Shown: positions 37,718 to 48,935 of the stretch, piece by piece
Position numbering within the stretch: position 1 is the first letter of the stretch
Layout of the letters: each line of letters opens with the position of its first letter
Assembly: GCA_030390025.1 (NCBI GenBank)
Contig: CM059432.1
Coordinates: 23,810,001 to 23,874,000 of the forward strand
DNA length: 64,000 nucleotides
Source: Squalus acanthias
Taxonomy: Eukaryota
Reading direction: 5' to 3'
Made by a program: the position numbers and the translations under genes
The notes under the pieces: generated by a model
What the model saw: the letters and a program-made list of their open reading frames with translations, nothing else
Database searches by the model: none
Told to the model about the DNA's origin: nothing

Positions 37718-38489
37718 GGCCCTGAATTTCTGATTGGAGGGAAGCCTCCAATCGGAAAGAAATCTACGAACTTACCTGCTGGTTCCGTAGATCCCGAGGC
37801 TTGCGATCCTGGGCCTCTCCTCTTCGAAATGCGCAGAGGCCCACGTATCCCAGGGGCGCATGCGGTTCGCAAGCGCTCCTGGGAACACGTGGGCCAGGCG
37901 AACCAATGGAAGAAGGGAATCCCCCTTCGTACTTTTGACAGGTCCGTACACACAGAACTGTCAAAAGTATGAATGGGGATGACTGCAAAAATGCACCAAC
38001 ACACTGAAATAAATGAAGAAAAACCATTACATTTATAAAATTAATTAAAATGCCATTTAATTAAATATTTTAAACAAAAATGTATTTTTTTGAAAAATAA
38101 ATTTAAATGTTTTAAAGGGGCTAAAAATAACTTTACCTTATTGCACAGGTTTTTTTTAATGTTTAAATGATTGAAAAAAAAATATTTTTATGCTATTTTA
38201 AACTCTTCTGCTGGTAAAAGCAGGCCTTACGCCTGCTTTTACCAGGCGTAAGAATTTTATGGCCTTGCAGCGGGCGGAAGTTGGGCAAATACCGCAACTC
38301 TCCACCTGCAGAGGCCTTTCTCCCGGGGATGCGTGCGATCTGTCAAGAAGATTCTTGACAGATCGCAAGTGCCGGGTTTTAGCGTATGCGCTTCACATGC
38401 CTAAACCCGGCACTTGCGCTGCCCCTGTGGGGGCGTACACGGGGCGTACACACCTCGTGCACACCCGTAGGGGTCGCAAAATTCGGCCC
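37718..38489. mobile_element. Harbinger-type MITE related to 32387-33148
   Basis: Ends ggccctgaattt / aaaattcggccc with AAT/ATT flanks. Shared internal blocks (acttacct, cacgtgggcc, ttttgacagg, taaaaataa..ttacctt, aaagcaggcctt.cgcct). Confidence 0.75.
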
Positions 38490-38608
38490 ATTAGAACAGG
38501 AGATGAAAGAGAAAAGAGGAAAATCTGAAATAAAAATAGAGCATTCTGGAAATGGCGCGGCATTTGATTAAAAAAAATGTAGGCTAGGCTTTTCTCTTCT
38601 GAAACACA

Positions 38609-39345
38609 GGCCCGTAAATTACGGTCAGGGCGGTTCGCCGCTGGCCCCAAAGTAAGATTCCCACAAAGATCTCGTTACCGCTGTGACGAGAGGTTCGGCT
38701 TTTCTGACGCGTAATTGAAATCAACGCATGGTAATGGGGAATCCCTAACGCGAGCTGCTGTGACGTCAACAAGCTGTCTAAGCAGCCACTCAAAATGCAC
38801 AATTTTCACAGACAGCAAACCAGGAAGTGGGTAAGCTTCTTTGATTCTAACTTTTTAAAAATGTTAGCAAGAGAGCAAAACAAAGATTGGGGCTCTCACA
38901 AGGGGAAAAGGCAAACCTGAAATGAAGATGAACAAACTTTAAAGTTTCTTAAAAATTTTTATTTTTATTAAAATGGATAAATTTGACACTCCACAAAATT
39001 AAATTAGTTTTTCAGGGCCATAACCTTTGTTTAGCAGTCAATACACTGTTAAAATCCCAGTAACACCGAATCCAAAAGGGTCTAACTTTTAAAGGGGTAT
39101 TTAACAGCGGTATTACCTCAAAAGTGCCAAAGTTTTCGTCAGTTTCCATGATTTGACAGATTACACTGATTGCCGGCTCGGTGGGGGGGCACAGCGCAGC
39201 CTGTCTCGGAGCAGTGAATGACAGACCGCCACTTCAAGATTTCCGCATTAGGCTGAGCATGCGCTAAATCCTGAAGTTATGGTCAGTTTCAAAGGCGGAA
39301 TGACGGCGAACGCTGCCAGTTCGCTGTCATCAGGACCGCAACATC
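38609..39345. mobile_element. Harbinger-type MITE
   Basis: Starts ggcccgtaaattacggtc. Right arm is homologous to 28024-28340. Right TIR is overwritten by the following LINE. Confidence 0.68.
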
Positions 39346-40825
39346 CCGGCTATCGTGCTGAAGACTTGTGCTCCAGAACTAGCTGCGCCTCTAGCCAAGC
39401 TGTTCCAGTACAGCTACAACACTGGCATCTATCCGACAATGTGGAAAACTGCCCAGGTATGTCCTGTCCACAAAAAGCAGGACAAATCCAACCCGGCCAA
39501 TTACCGTCCCATCAGTCTACTCTCAATCATCAGCAAAGTGATGGAAGGTGTCATCGACAGTGCTATCAAGCGGCACTTACTCACCAATAACCTGCTCACT
39601 GGTGCCCAGTTTGGGTTCTGCCAAGACCACTCGTCTCCCGACCTCATTACAGCCTTGGTCCAAACATGGACAAAGGAGCTGAATTCCAGAGGTGAGGTGA
39701 GAGTGACTGCCCTTGACATCAAGGCAGCATTTGACCGAGTCTGGCATCAAGGAGCCCTAGTAAAACTGAAGTCAATGGGAATCAGGGGGAAAACGCTCCA
39801 CTGGCTGGAGTCATACCTAGCACAAATGAAGATGGTTGTGGTGGTTGAAGTTCAATCATCACAGCCCCAGGACATCACTGCAGGAGTTCCTCAGGGCAGT
39901 GTCCTAGGACTAACCATCTTCAGCTGCTTCATCATTGACCTTCCCTCCAACATAAGGACAGAAATGGGGATGTTCGCTGATGACTGCACAGTGTTCAGCG
40001 CCATTCACAACTCCACAGATAATGAAGCAGTCCATGCCCGCATGCAACAAGACCTGGACGATGTTCAGCCTTGGGCTGATAAGTGGCAGGTAACATTCGT
40101 GCCACAGAAGTGCCAGGTAATGACTATCTCCAACAAGCAAGAGTCTAACCACCTCCCCTTGACATTCAATGGCATTACCATCGCCGAATCCCCCACTTTC
40201 AACATCCTGGGGGTCACCATTTACCAGAAATTTAACTGGACCAGCCACACAAATACTGTGGCAACAAGAGCAGGTCAGAGGCTAGGCATTCTGCGGCGAG
40301 TGTCTCACCTCCTGACTCCCCAAAGCCTTTCCACCATCTACAAGGCACAAGTAAGGAGTGTGATGGAATACTCTCCACTTGCCTGGATGAGTGCAGCTCC
40401 AACAACACTCAAGAAGCTCGACACCATCCAGGACAAAGCAGCCTGCTTGATTGGCACCCCATCCACCACCTTAAACATTCACTCCCTCCACCACCGGCGT
40501 ACCGTGGCTGCAGTGTGTACTATCTACAAGATGCACTGCAGCAATTCGCCAAGGCTTCTTCTGCAGCACCTCCCAAATCCGCGACCTCTTCCACCTAGAA
40601 GGACAAGGGCAGCAGGCGCATGGGAACACCACCATCTCCAAGTTCCCCTCCAAGTCGCTGGGTCAGAATCCTGGAACTCCTTACCTAACAGCACTGTGGG
40701 AGTACCATCACCACACGGACTGCAGCGGTTCAAGAAGGCGGCTCAAGGGCAACTAGAGATGGGCAATAAATGCTGGCATTGCCAGCGACGCCCTGATCCC
40801 ATAAAAACAAATTTTTAAAAAAAGT
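39345..40825 (+). mobile_element. 5'-truncated LINE with an uninterrupted 487-aa RT-containing ORF
   Basis: NYRPISLLS, LDIKAAFDRVWH, GVPQGSVLG and FADD motifs with an A-rich 3' end. 3' fragments of the same family at about 33765-33830, 48050-48330, 49310-49612 and 56408-56835. Confidence 0.9.
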
Positions 40826-41169
40826 TCCGAGCCAGTGTCCTATCTTTCTCTTTCAGGTGTTGATCAACCCATGGAGCTATTTCTGGCACGCTCTGCTTTA
40901 ATGAGTTAGAAAGAAACTAGATCCACAACTTTTAGTTCGGGCTTTACGCTCCTGTGAAGCGTCTTGGGACATTTTACTACATTAAAGGCACTGTATAAAT
41001 ACAAGTTTTTGTTGCCGTAGACGGTTCAGACAGAAATCATCTGACGTGGGAGGGTTGTGACATTCCTGCTGTGAATAATTTAATTCATGTTAAGCCAGCA
41101 GAGATTAGCAAGAAGAAATGCAATGCTCCCTTGTTTAAATTCTAATCCAGCAAACTGTAAGGAGTGGTT

Positions 41170-41820
41170 ACCCCTCTCCCAGCAGCCCCCCCACCCCCAC
41201 CCCCACCCCTCTCGCAGCCCCACCCCCTCTCCCAGCCCCACCCCCACCCCCTCTCCCAGCCCCACCCCCTCTCCCAGCCCCAGCCCCACCCCCTCTCCCA
41301 GCCCCACCCCTCTCCCACCCCCTCTCCCAGCCCCACCCCCACCCCTCTCCCACCCCCACCTCCTCTCCCAGCACCCCCCCACCCCCCTCTCCAGCCCCAC
41401 CCCCCACCCCCACCTCCTCTCCCAGTCCCCCCTCTCACCCCCTCTCCAGCCCCACCCCACCCCTCTCCCACCCCCACCTCCTCTCCCAGCACCCCCCCAC
41501 CCCCTCTCCCAGCCCCACCCCCACCCCCACCTCCTCTCCCAGCCCCACCCCTTCTCCCAGTCCCACCCCGTCGCTCAGCCCCACCCCCTCGCTCAGCCCC
41601 ACCCCCTCGCTCAGCCCCACCTCCTCTCCCAGCACCCCCCACCCCCTCTCCCAGCCCCACCCCCACCCCCACCTCCTCTCCCAGCCCCACCCCTTCTCCC
41701 AGTCCCACCCCGTCGCTCAGCCCCACCCCCTCGCTCAGCCCCACCCCCTCTCCCACCCCCACCCCCTCTCCCAGCCCCACCCCCACCCACTCTCCGAGCC
41801 CCACCCCCTCTCTTTCTCCC
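41170..41820. repeat. C-rich minisatellite-like low-complexity tract (unit about CCCCACCCCCTCTCCCAG)
   Basis: Directly visible degenerate 18-24-nt units with a higher-order duplication (about 41548-41610 vs 41690-41750). Confidence 0.85.
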
Positions 41821-42656
41821 TGCACCACGACTATGCGAGGAAGTTATCCTGAATGTTAAAATGGCTGCTAAGATTCTGAGGCAACTCACGATGATAAAAC
41901 AAAAGAGACTCAGCCCAGGTGACAGTGCAGTGCTGTACGTGGTATCAGCGTCCCCCGCCTACAAATTGGTCACGGTCTACTGCAGTTAATCGCTCTCCGC
42001 TTATTCTTGCTGAAAGTTCATGTGCATGGACTACACCAACAACAACTTGTATTGCTCCTTCACTGTAGTAAAACATCCCAAGGCACTTCACAGGAGCGTA
42101 ATCAGATGAAAATGAACACCAAGCCAAAGGAGGAGACATTAGGACAGGTGACCAAAAGCTTAGTCAAAGAGGTAGGTTTTACGGAGCGTCTTAAAGGAGG
42201 AGAGAGGCGAAGTTGAGGAGAAGTTTAAGGAATAATTCCCCCACCCCTTTTGTGGAATAGCCTGCCTGTGCTTTGGTGATGTACCTGCGGGCAAATGGTA
42301 CCTGCGGAACTGTGTTGGAGTTGTCGCAATCAGGAGAGGAGAGTAAAGCAAGAAAATTGGAGGAGGGGTAATAAAGATGCAGAGAGGGAAAGCAAAGATA
42401 CTGAGAGAGAAGAGAAGTAACAGACAGAGGAGACTCTGCATTTACATCACCATTCCTTAGCATCAACTCTACAATTGTACTGTAAAAAATTACAAAGAGA
42501 TATTAATAGATTAAGCGAATGGGAAAACCTGTGGCAAGTAGATTTCAATGTAGGCAAATGTGAGGGAATACAACCCTAGTTTGTGTAATCGCTCCTCGTA
42601 ATTTAACCCTTGGAGTCCAGGTACCATTCTGGACCTAAAAAGGATAGAACAGGGTA

Positions 42657-44940
42657 CAGGAAACTCTTTATTAACCGGCACCGATGGGACCGGCGTGGTG
42701 CCGGTTTATCGAAAGTACCGGATAACGGAGAGTTATATCTACCGAGGCTATTTTTAACAAAGAAAAATAAATAAATCAAGAAATGTGCAGTATACAGTAT
42801 TTGGGTACTCACCTACAGAATGTTGTGTTAAATGGATAGTGGAAGATGCTTGATTAAGTACAGTACTGCCAGTTGAGGGTAATCCATAACTCTTTAATTA
42901 CTCAACAGTAAAACAAAACTTATAAACGACTGTCTACAGTACTGTAGTTGACTGTACACTTATTCCGAGTCATCTGGTTCATCAGAAATATCCGTGCCAG
43001 CTGGGTCATCAGGATCACGCAGTTCCATCGATGCCACAGATTCTTCAGGCACTTCCACTGCTGCGACTCTTTTGGAAGCTTTCTTAAACATGTTGCGGAT
43101 GTCGGTTTGCTTAGTGGACTCTTGCCTTTTCTGTAGAAAGGTGGAATGCAGAATATGGAGTTGCATAACTTCTTGTGCAGAGTAGCAATTCTGCCTTTCA
43201 GCAAATTTGAGGATTGTAGAAAATCCTTCTGCAGCTTTAGCCCAAGAAATCTTCTCTTCTTCAGAAATCTCATCCTCTTCACTTTCCATCTCACTTTCCT
43301 TTTCTTTCTTTGGATTCAAAACATTCTGAATTATTTCATCATCACTTAGCATATGCACAACACCAACTTCTCTATCTGCATCAACCCACTGCTCGCTATC
43401 ACTTTCACTGAGGTAACGTAGAGGGTTTGCTGGGCCTGCATTTTTCACCATTCCAGCCATTTCCATTATTGTACTCTTCTTGGGACGAACACTGAACCCA
43501 TGAAATTCCTCCTCTGAAGAAGAACCTTCAGCAAACATTACAGAAGGCCACAATTTGCGCCAGGCTTAGAAACATAGAAACATAGAAACATAGCTTGCCT
43601 CAGAGTGTGACCTTTCACCAATTTCCAGGAACATGCAACATTATAGATGGCATCTTTAATATTGTATTCCTTCTGCAATTCTTGAATATTGTCATCTTGG
43701 CTTATCAGTTTACGTAGGAAGTCTTTCTTGTAATGACACTTCAGATTTTGGATAACGCCCTGGTCCATCGGTGGGATGAGAGAAGTTACATTTGGTGGCA
43801 AATAAATGGTGAAAATATTTCCCGAAACCAACTGGGATTCATGTGGATGGGCTCTGCAATTATCAAGCAATAAAATGCATTTGCTATCTTCAGGTTTCCC
43901 TATTTTGCGGAAATGTTCCCTCACAGATGGAACAAAAATATGATGGAACCAATCGGAGAAGATTTCCTTATCCATCCAAGCATTTTTTTGAGCTTTGTAC
44001 TCAACAGGTAAGTGCCTCACATTTTTAAATGCACGGGGATTTTTATACTTCCCGATAACAAGAAGTTTAACCCGGTGTGATCCAGCAGCGTTCGCACCTG
44101 TTAGCACGGTTACACGATCTTTATTTTTCTTGTAACCTGAAGCATTAGCCTCACTAGCCCCAGCAAGCGTTGATTCTGGCAAAAACCTCCAAAACAAGCC
44201 AGTTTCATCGGCATTGTAGATCTGTGCTGGCGATAAATCATGTTGCTGCACAATCCGATTGAAATAATCGCAGTATTCTTCTGCGGCGTCGTGATCAGCT
44301 GATTTCTTCTCCCCGGAAATATCGAGTCGTCGTATCCCGTGCCGTAACTTGAAGCACGTTAGCCATCCATCGGAGAAAGCACACTTGTCAGTGAGCTCCA
44401 TCCTTTCATAGAAATCCTTCGCTTTCTCGATTAGCATGGGTCCGGAAATTGGAACACCCTCTGAACGCTTAAGAGAAAACCATTCATAAAGCACGGTATC
44501 CAGCTCTTCAAGCTTAGGCTTACGAAGCATACGCCGTTTCTCTACACTCTTAGATGTCTCCGAGCTTGAATAAAACTTGAGCAGCTTATCCTTCTGCGAT
44601 TTGATGTCGTAGATTGTTGACGAACCGATTTTGAATTCATTCATAATGTTGATACGCTTCTCTCCCCTTTCTAGTCGTTGGCATATCTCGATTTTCTGTT
44701 TTAAAGTTAAGACCACTCTCTTCCTTTTGCTTGGACCAGCTTTTGGGAATTCCATAATGCAAGATGGAGGAGATAATTGCCGATGAAGATGGAAAGACAC
44801 ACAAAACAATGGTGGCTAGGAAGAGACTACCAGCAGCGTGGCAGACACACAGCAAAATGGTGTATCAGAAGAGACTACAGTACCAGCAGCGTGGGAGACA
44901 CCCAGCAAAATGGCCGATCAGAAGAGACTCCAGGCAGCGC
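42657..44940 (-). mobile_element. pogo/Tigger DNA transposon with one TIR retained
   Basis: TA|CAGGAAACTCTTTATTAACCGG at 42655-42678 is a Tigger-like terminus. Transposase on the minus strand. The opposite TIR was not found. Confidence 0.88.
42960..44755 (-). pseudogene. pogo/Tigger (Jerky/TIGD-like) transposase with CENP-B-type HTH and DDE_1 domains, one frameshift
   Basis: [50 protein letters not shown] and PMDQG. Frame broken by a 29-nt insertion at about 43564-43596. Confidence 0.9.
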
Positions 44941-46254
44941 GTTTCTAAATGGTGAAAAGCTAGAACAGTGAAGGTCCAAAGAGACTTGGGGGAGATGTCC
45001 AGGTACATGGATCATTAAAATGTCATGACAGGTACAGAAAATAATCAAAAAGGCTAATAGAATGCTGACCTTTATATCTAGAGGACTAGAATACAAGGGG
45101 GTAGAAGTTATGCTGCAGCTATACAAAGCCCTGGTTAGACCACACCTGGAGTACTGTGAGCAGTTCTGGGCACCACACCTTAGGAAGGATATATTGGCCT
45201 TGGAGGGAGTGCAGCGTAGGTTTACTAGAATGATCCCTGGACTCCAAGGGTTAAATTACGAGGAGAGATGACACAAACTAGGATTGTATTCCCTGGAATT
45301 TAGAAGATTAAGGGGTGATTTAATCAAAATTTTCAAGATCCTAAGTGGAACTGATAGGGTCGATAGAGAGAAACTTTTTCCGCTGGTTGGGGAGTCTAGG
45401 CCTAGGGGGAATAGCTTAAAACTAAGATCTAAGCCTTTCAGGAGTAAAGTTAGGAAACACTTCTACACGCAAAGGTTGGTAGAAGTTTGGAACAATTCTT
45501 CCTCCAACCGCAATTGAAGCTGGGTCCATTGTTAATTTTAAATCTGAAATTGATAGATTTTTGTTAACCAAAGGTATTAAGGGATATGGGGCAAAGGCGG
45601 GTATATGGAGTTAGGTCACAGATCAGCCATGATCTTATGAATGGCGGAACAGGCTCGAGGGGCTAAATGGCCTACTCCTGTTCCTATGTAAATGCAGTCC
45701 TAAGCTAATCACAACATTAGCAGTGTAATTGTCTTCCCCATAGGTAAGCTGGATTGCTATATACATTTTTTCACATTGTACACACTGAACAGCAAGATGA
45801 AGGCGGAGAATTTCCGCAGGGGTTCTCCCGATCTCCCGCCATATCTTTAGTGGTAGATCGGCAGAAACCCCGAAAGTGATGTGGAACAGTGAAAGTATAC
45901 GGCATCACACAACAAATAATTTCGGCAGGTAACTGGGAAATATGCTGTATACCAGTTAACGTGAAATGAAATTCTGCTGCAAATGATTTAGGGAGTAGGA
46001 GAAATCGACCAGGGTTCTTGCCCCTGATCGCCTGTTCCGTGACCCTTACTAGAATGTGTGAATGAGAACAGGATCGGCCTTTTCTCTAGCACCCTCCCTT
46101 GTCGAATAACCGTGAATATTCATGGTCTAAGCATAAAACTGGCTTCAGTTACTCATGTTTTTCAGTGTCTATTAAATGTTGCTAGGACAATTACACTTAT
46201 GATGCCCCCCGTCCCCGCCCCCCCCCACCCCCGCCATCCCACAGTCGATTGTAC

Positions 46255-47235
46255 TTTGCCATTGTCTTCGGACCCTGCCACAAACACCGTTCCCTAGCCA
46301 CCGACTCCATTCCTCTCCCTGGCAACTGTCTGAGGCTGAACAGACTGTTCGTAACCTTGGTGTCATATTTGACCCCGAGATGAGCTTCCGACCACATATC
46401 AGCGCCATCACTAAGACCGCCTATTTCCACCTCCGTAACATCGCCTGACTCTGCCCCGCCTCAGCTTATCCGCTACTGATAAACTCATTCATACTTTTGT
46501 TACCTTTAGACTTGACTATTCCGGTGCACTCCTGGTCGGCCTCCCACGTACTACCTTCCTTAAACTTGAGGTCATCCAAAACTCGGCTGCCCGTGTCCTA
46601 ACTCGCACCAAGTCCCGTTCACCCATCACCCTGTGCTCGCTGACCTACATTGGCTCCCGGTTAAGCAGCGCCTTGACTTCAAAATTCTCATCCTTGTTTT
46701 CAAATCCCTCCAAGGCCTCGCCTATCTCTGAAATCTCCTCCAGCTCTACAACCAATGTTCCCTGTAAGCTGCAGTTTGTTCTGCATGGACTGTTCCTTTT
46801 AACGCGCGTTCCTTTTCAATTTCTGCGCGTGCAAGGTATTTACAATGTAAAAGCCGGTGAACGGCCTGCGAGGGGCCTTTCAGATTACTGTGTGGCCACG
46901 CGCTTGTGCGCACTTTAGCGGGAACATTGCCCACAACCCTCCGAGATATCTGCGCTCCTCTAATTCTGGCCTCTTGAGCATCCCCAATTTTAATCACTCC
47001 ACCATTAGTGGCCATGCCTTCAGCTGCCAAGGCCCTAAGCTCTGGAATTCCCTCCCTAAATCTCTCTACCTCTCTTTCCTCCTTTAAGATGCTCCTTAAA
47101 ACCTACCTCTTTGCCCTAATATCCCCTTATGTGGCTCGGTGTCAAATTTTGTTTGATAACGCTCCTGTGAAGCGCCTTGGGATGTTTTACTACATTAAAG
47201 GTGTTATATAATTACAAGTTGTTGTTGCTGTTGTT
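46255..47235 (+). mobile_element. L2 LINE 3' portion (same family as 21065-22015)
   Basis: Near-colinear nucleotide similarity and the same tail; interrupted at 46753-46929. Confidence 0.85.
46753..46929. mobile_element. hAT-type MITE
   Basis: TIR CAATGTTCCC / GGGAACATTG with 8-bp flanks TCTACAAC / CCCACAAC (6/8 match). Confidence 0.75.
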
Positions 47236-48509
47236 GCACGTTCATCCACACTCGCTGTCTAGACTCGCACATAAAGAATGGTCACGAGGGTGAGGTACCA
47301 GAGGGTGGCTGGTGCCTGTGGAACCTTATCCCAGCATCAGGCAGGAGAGGAGAGGGGGGCAAAAACAGACCAGCAATTAAACGCATGGTGTGAAAATAAT
47401 AAAACCTACAGGCTTTAACCAACATTAGTCTCTGCGGATTAGGACTGTCAGCGGCTGATATCCTTCCTGAACAACAGAATGTAACACCTCGTAAATTAAA
47501 AACTGCAGGAGGCGAAATGTTTCAAAGCAGTTCCAGTTTGACATTACTGACAAAGTACACTAGAGGGAGCTATTGCCTTATAAATGAACAAGTTGGACAA
47601 AAAATGAGCAGCCGAGCTTGTTCTGTCTTTTACTATCTTGTACTGCCTTCGAAAAGCACATTCGCTTTGCACGCTATGATGCTGAATCCTAGATCTTTAT
47701 GGGAAAAGTAAGCCGCTTAAACTCAGTGGTTGTGCCGGAAACTCCATATTGTCTGACATTCACCTGTCGAATTCATCCAGGAGCAATTTGAAATTTGGGG
47801 AGTCCACTTGCTCCTTAATGGGTTCACAGGTTTCACAGCAAATAAAATATGGCTTCCTCCCTCATCTTTGCTGGCCGTCACCTCCATGCAGCAGTTTTTC
47901 TCCCCCAGTTTTGCACGGCCTCTACCTGAGGGAAACAATGCTCGCTCTAGATGCATTAACATTGGACTGCCATTGGGGGGAGCCCATGTCCTGCAATTTC
48001 ATAGTGCGGAACATTGAGGGTCTGATAGTGTCGTGGCTATGGTACTTTTTAAAATTCATTCTCGGGATGTGAGCGTCGCTGGCAAGGCTGGCATTTATTG
48101 CCCATTTTTAGTTGCCCTTGAGAAGGTGGTGGTGGGCCTTCTGCTTGAACCGCTTCAGTCCATGTGATGAAAATACTCCTACAGTGCTGTTAGGGAAGGA
48201 GTTGCAGGATTTTGACCCAGCGACGATGAAGGAACGGTGATATATGTCCAAGTCGGGATGGTGTGTGACTTGGAGGGTGTTCCCTTGCACCGGCTGCCCT
48301 TGGCCTTCTAGGTGGAGGAGGTGCTGTCGAACTAGGCGAGCATCCTGGAGTCCCACCGTGGCAAATTGTGAAACTGAATTCAACAAATCTGTTAAATTGT
48401 GGGCTGGCACTGGAATAACTGCATAACTCTTGTAATAACCAAGCTGGTTCACTAATGTCCTACAGGCAAAGGGAGCCTTCCCTGGCCTACACGTGCTTGA
48501 CTCTCAATG

Positions 48510-48935
48510 TCAGCCGTGGCTGAGTGGGTAGCACACTCGCCTCTGAGTCAGAAGGTTGTGGGTTCAAGTCCCACTCCAGGGACTTGAGCACATAAAGCTA
48601 GGCTGACACTCCAGTGCAGTGCTGAGGGAGTGCTGCATTGTCAGAGGTGCCGTCTTTCGGATGAGACGTTAAACCGAGGCCCCGTCTGCCCTCTCAGGTG
48701 GATGTAAAAGATCCCATGGCACTATTTCGAAGAAGAGTAGGGGTGTTATCCCTGGTGTCCTGGCCAATATTTATCCCTCGACCAACATAACAAAAACAGA
48801 TTATCTGGTCATTATCAGACTGCGTTTCCCACATTAATAGACTTCACTTCAAAAGTACTTCATTGACTGTAAAGCGCTTTGAGACGTCCAGTGGTTGTGA
48901 AAGGCGCTATATAAATGCAAGTCTTCCTTTCTTTC
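48510..48935 (+). mobile_element. Near full-length tRNA-derived Deu-domain SINE (SacSINE1-like)
   Basis: A box GTGGCTGAGTGG, B box GGTTCAAGTCC, the Deu core, and an L2-like tail. Other pieces at about 49660-49950 and 61228-61340. Confidence 0.82.

Larger units (their letters stand above)
42480..45690 (+). mobile_element. CR1 3' portion hosting the Tigger element (pieces 42480-42656 and 44941-45690)
   Basis: KLQRDINRLSEW...GPKKDRTGY resumes as FLNGEKLE...RPHLEYCEQFWAP. CR1 tail at about 45620-45690. Confidence 0.82.

Noticed and set aside
41080..41989. Long Pro-rich and Gly-rich ORFs on both strands
   Set aside because: They are a by-product of a stop-poor C-rich repeat. All frames are open and there is no splice or homology support.
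42960..44809. Domesticated TIGD/JRKL host gene
   Set aside because: It retains a TIR with TA, sits inside a CR1 copy and is frameshifted, so it is a transposon copy.
44820..44940. CRISPR-like repeat-spacer array
   Set aside because: The units are contiguous degenerate tandem repeats without unique spacers, the context is eukaryotic and there are no cas genes.
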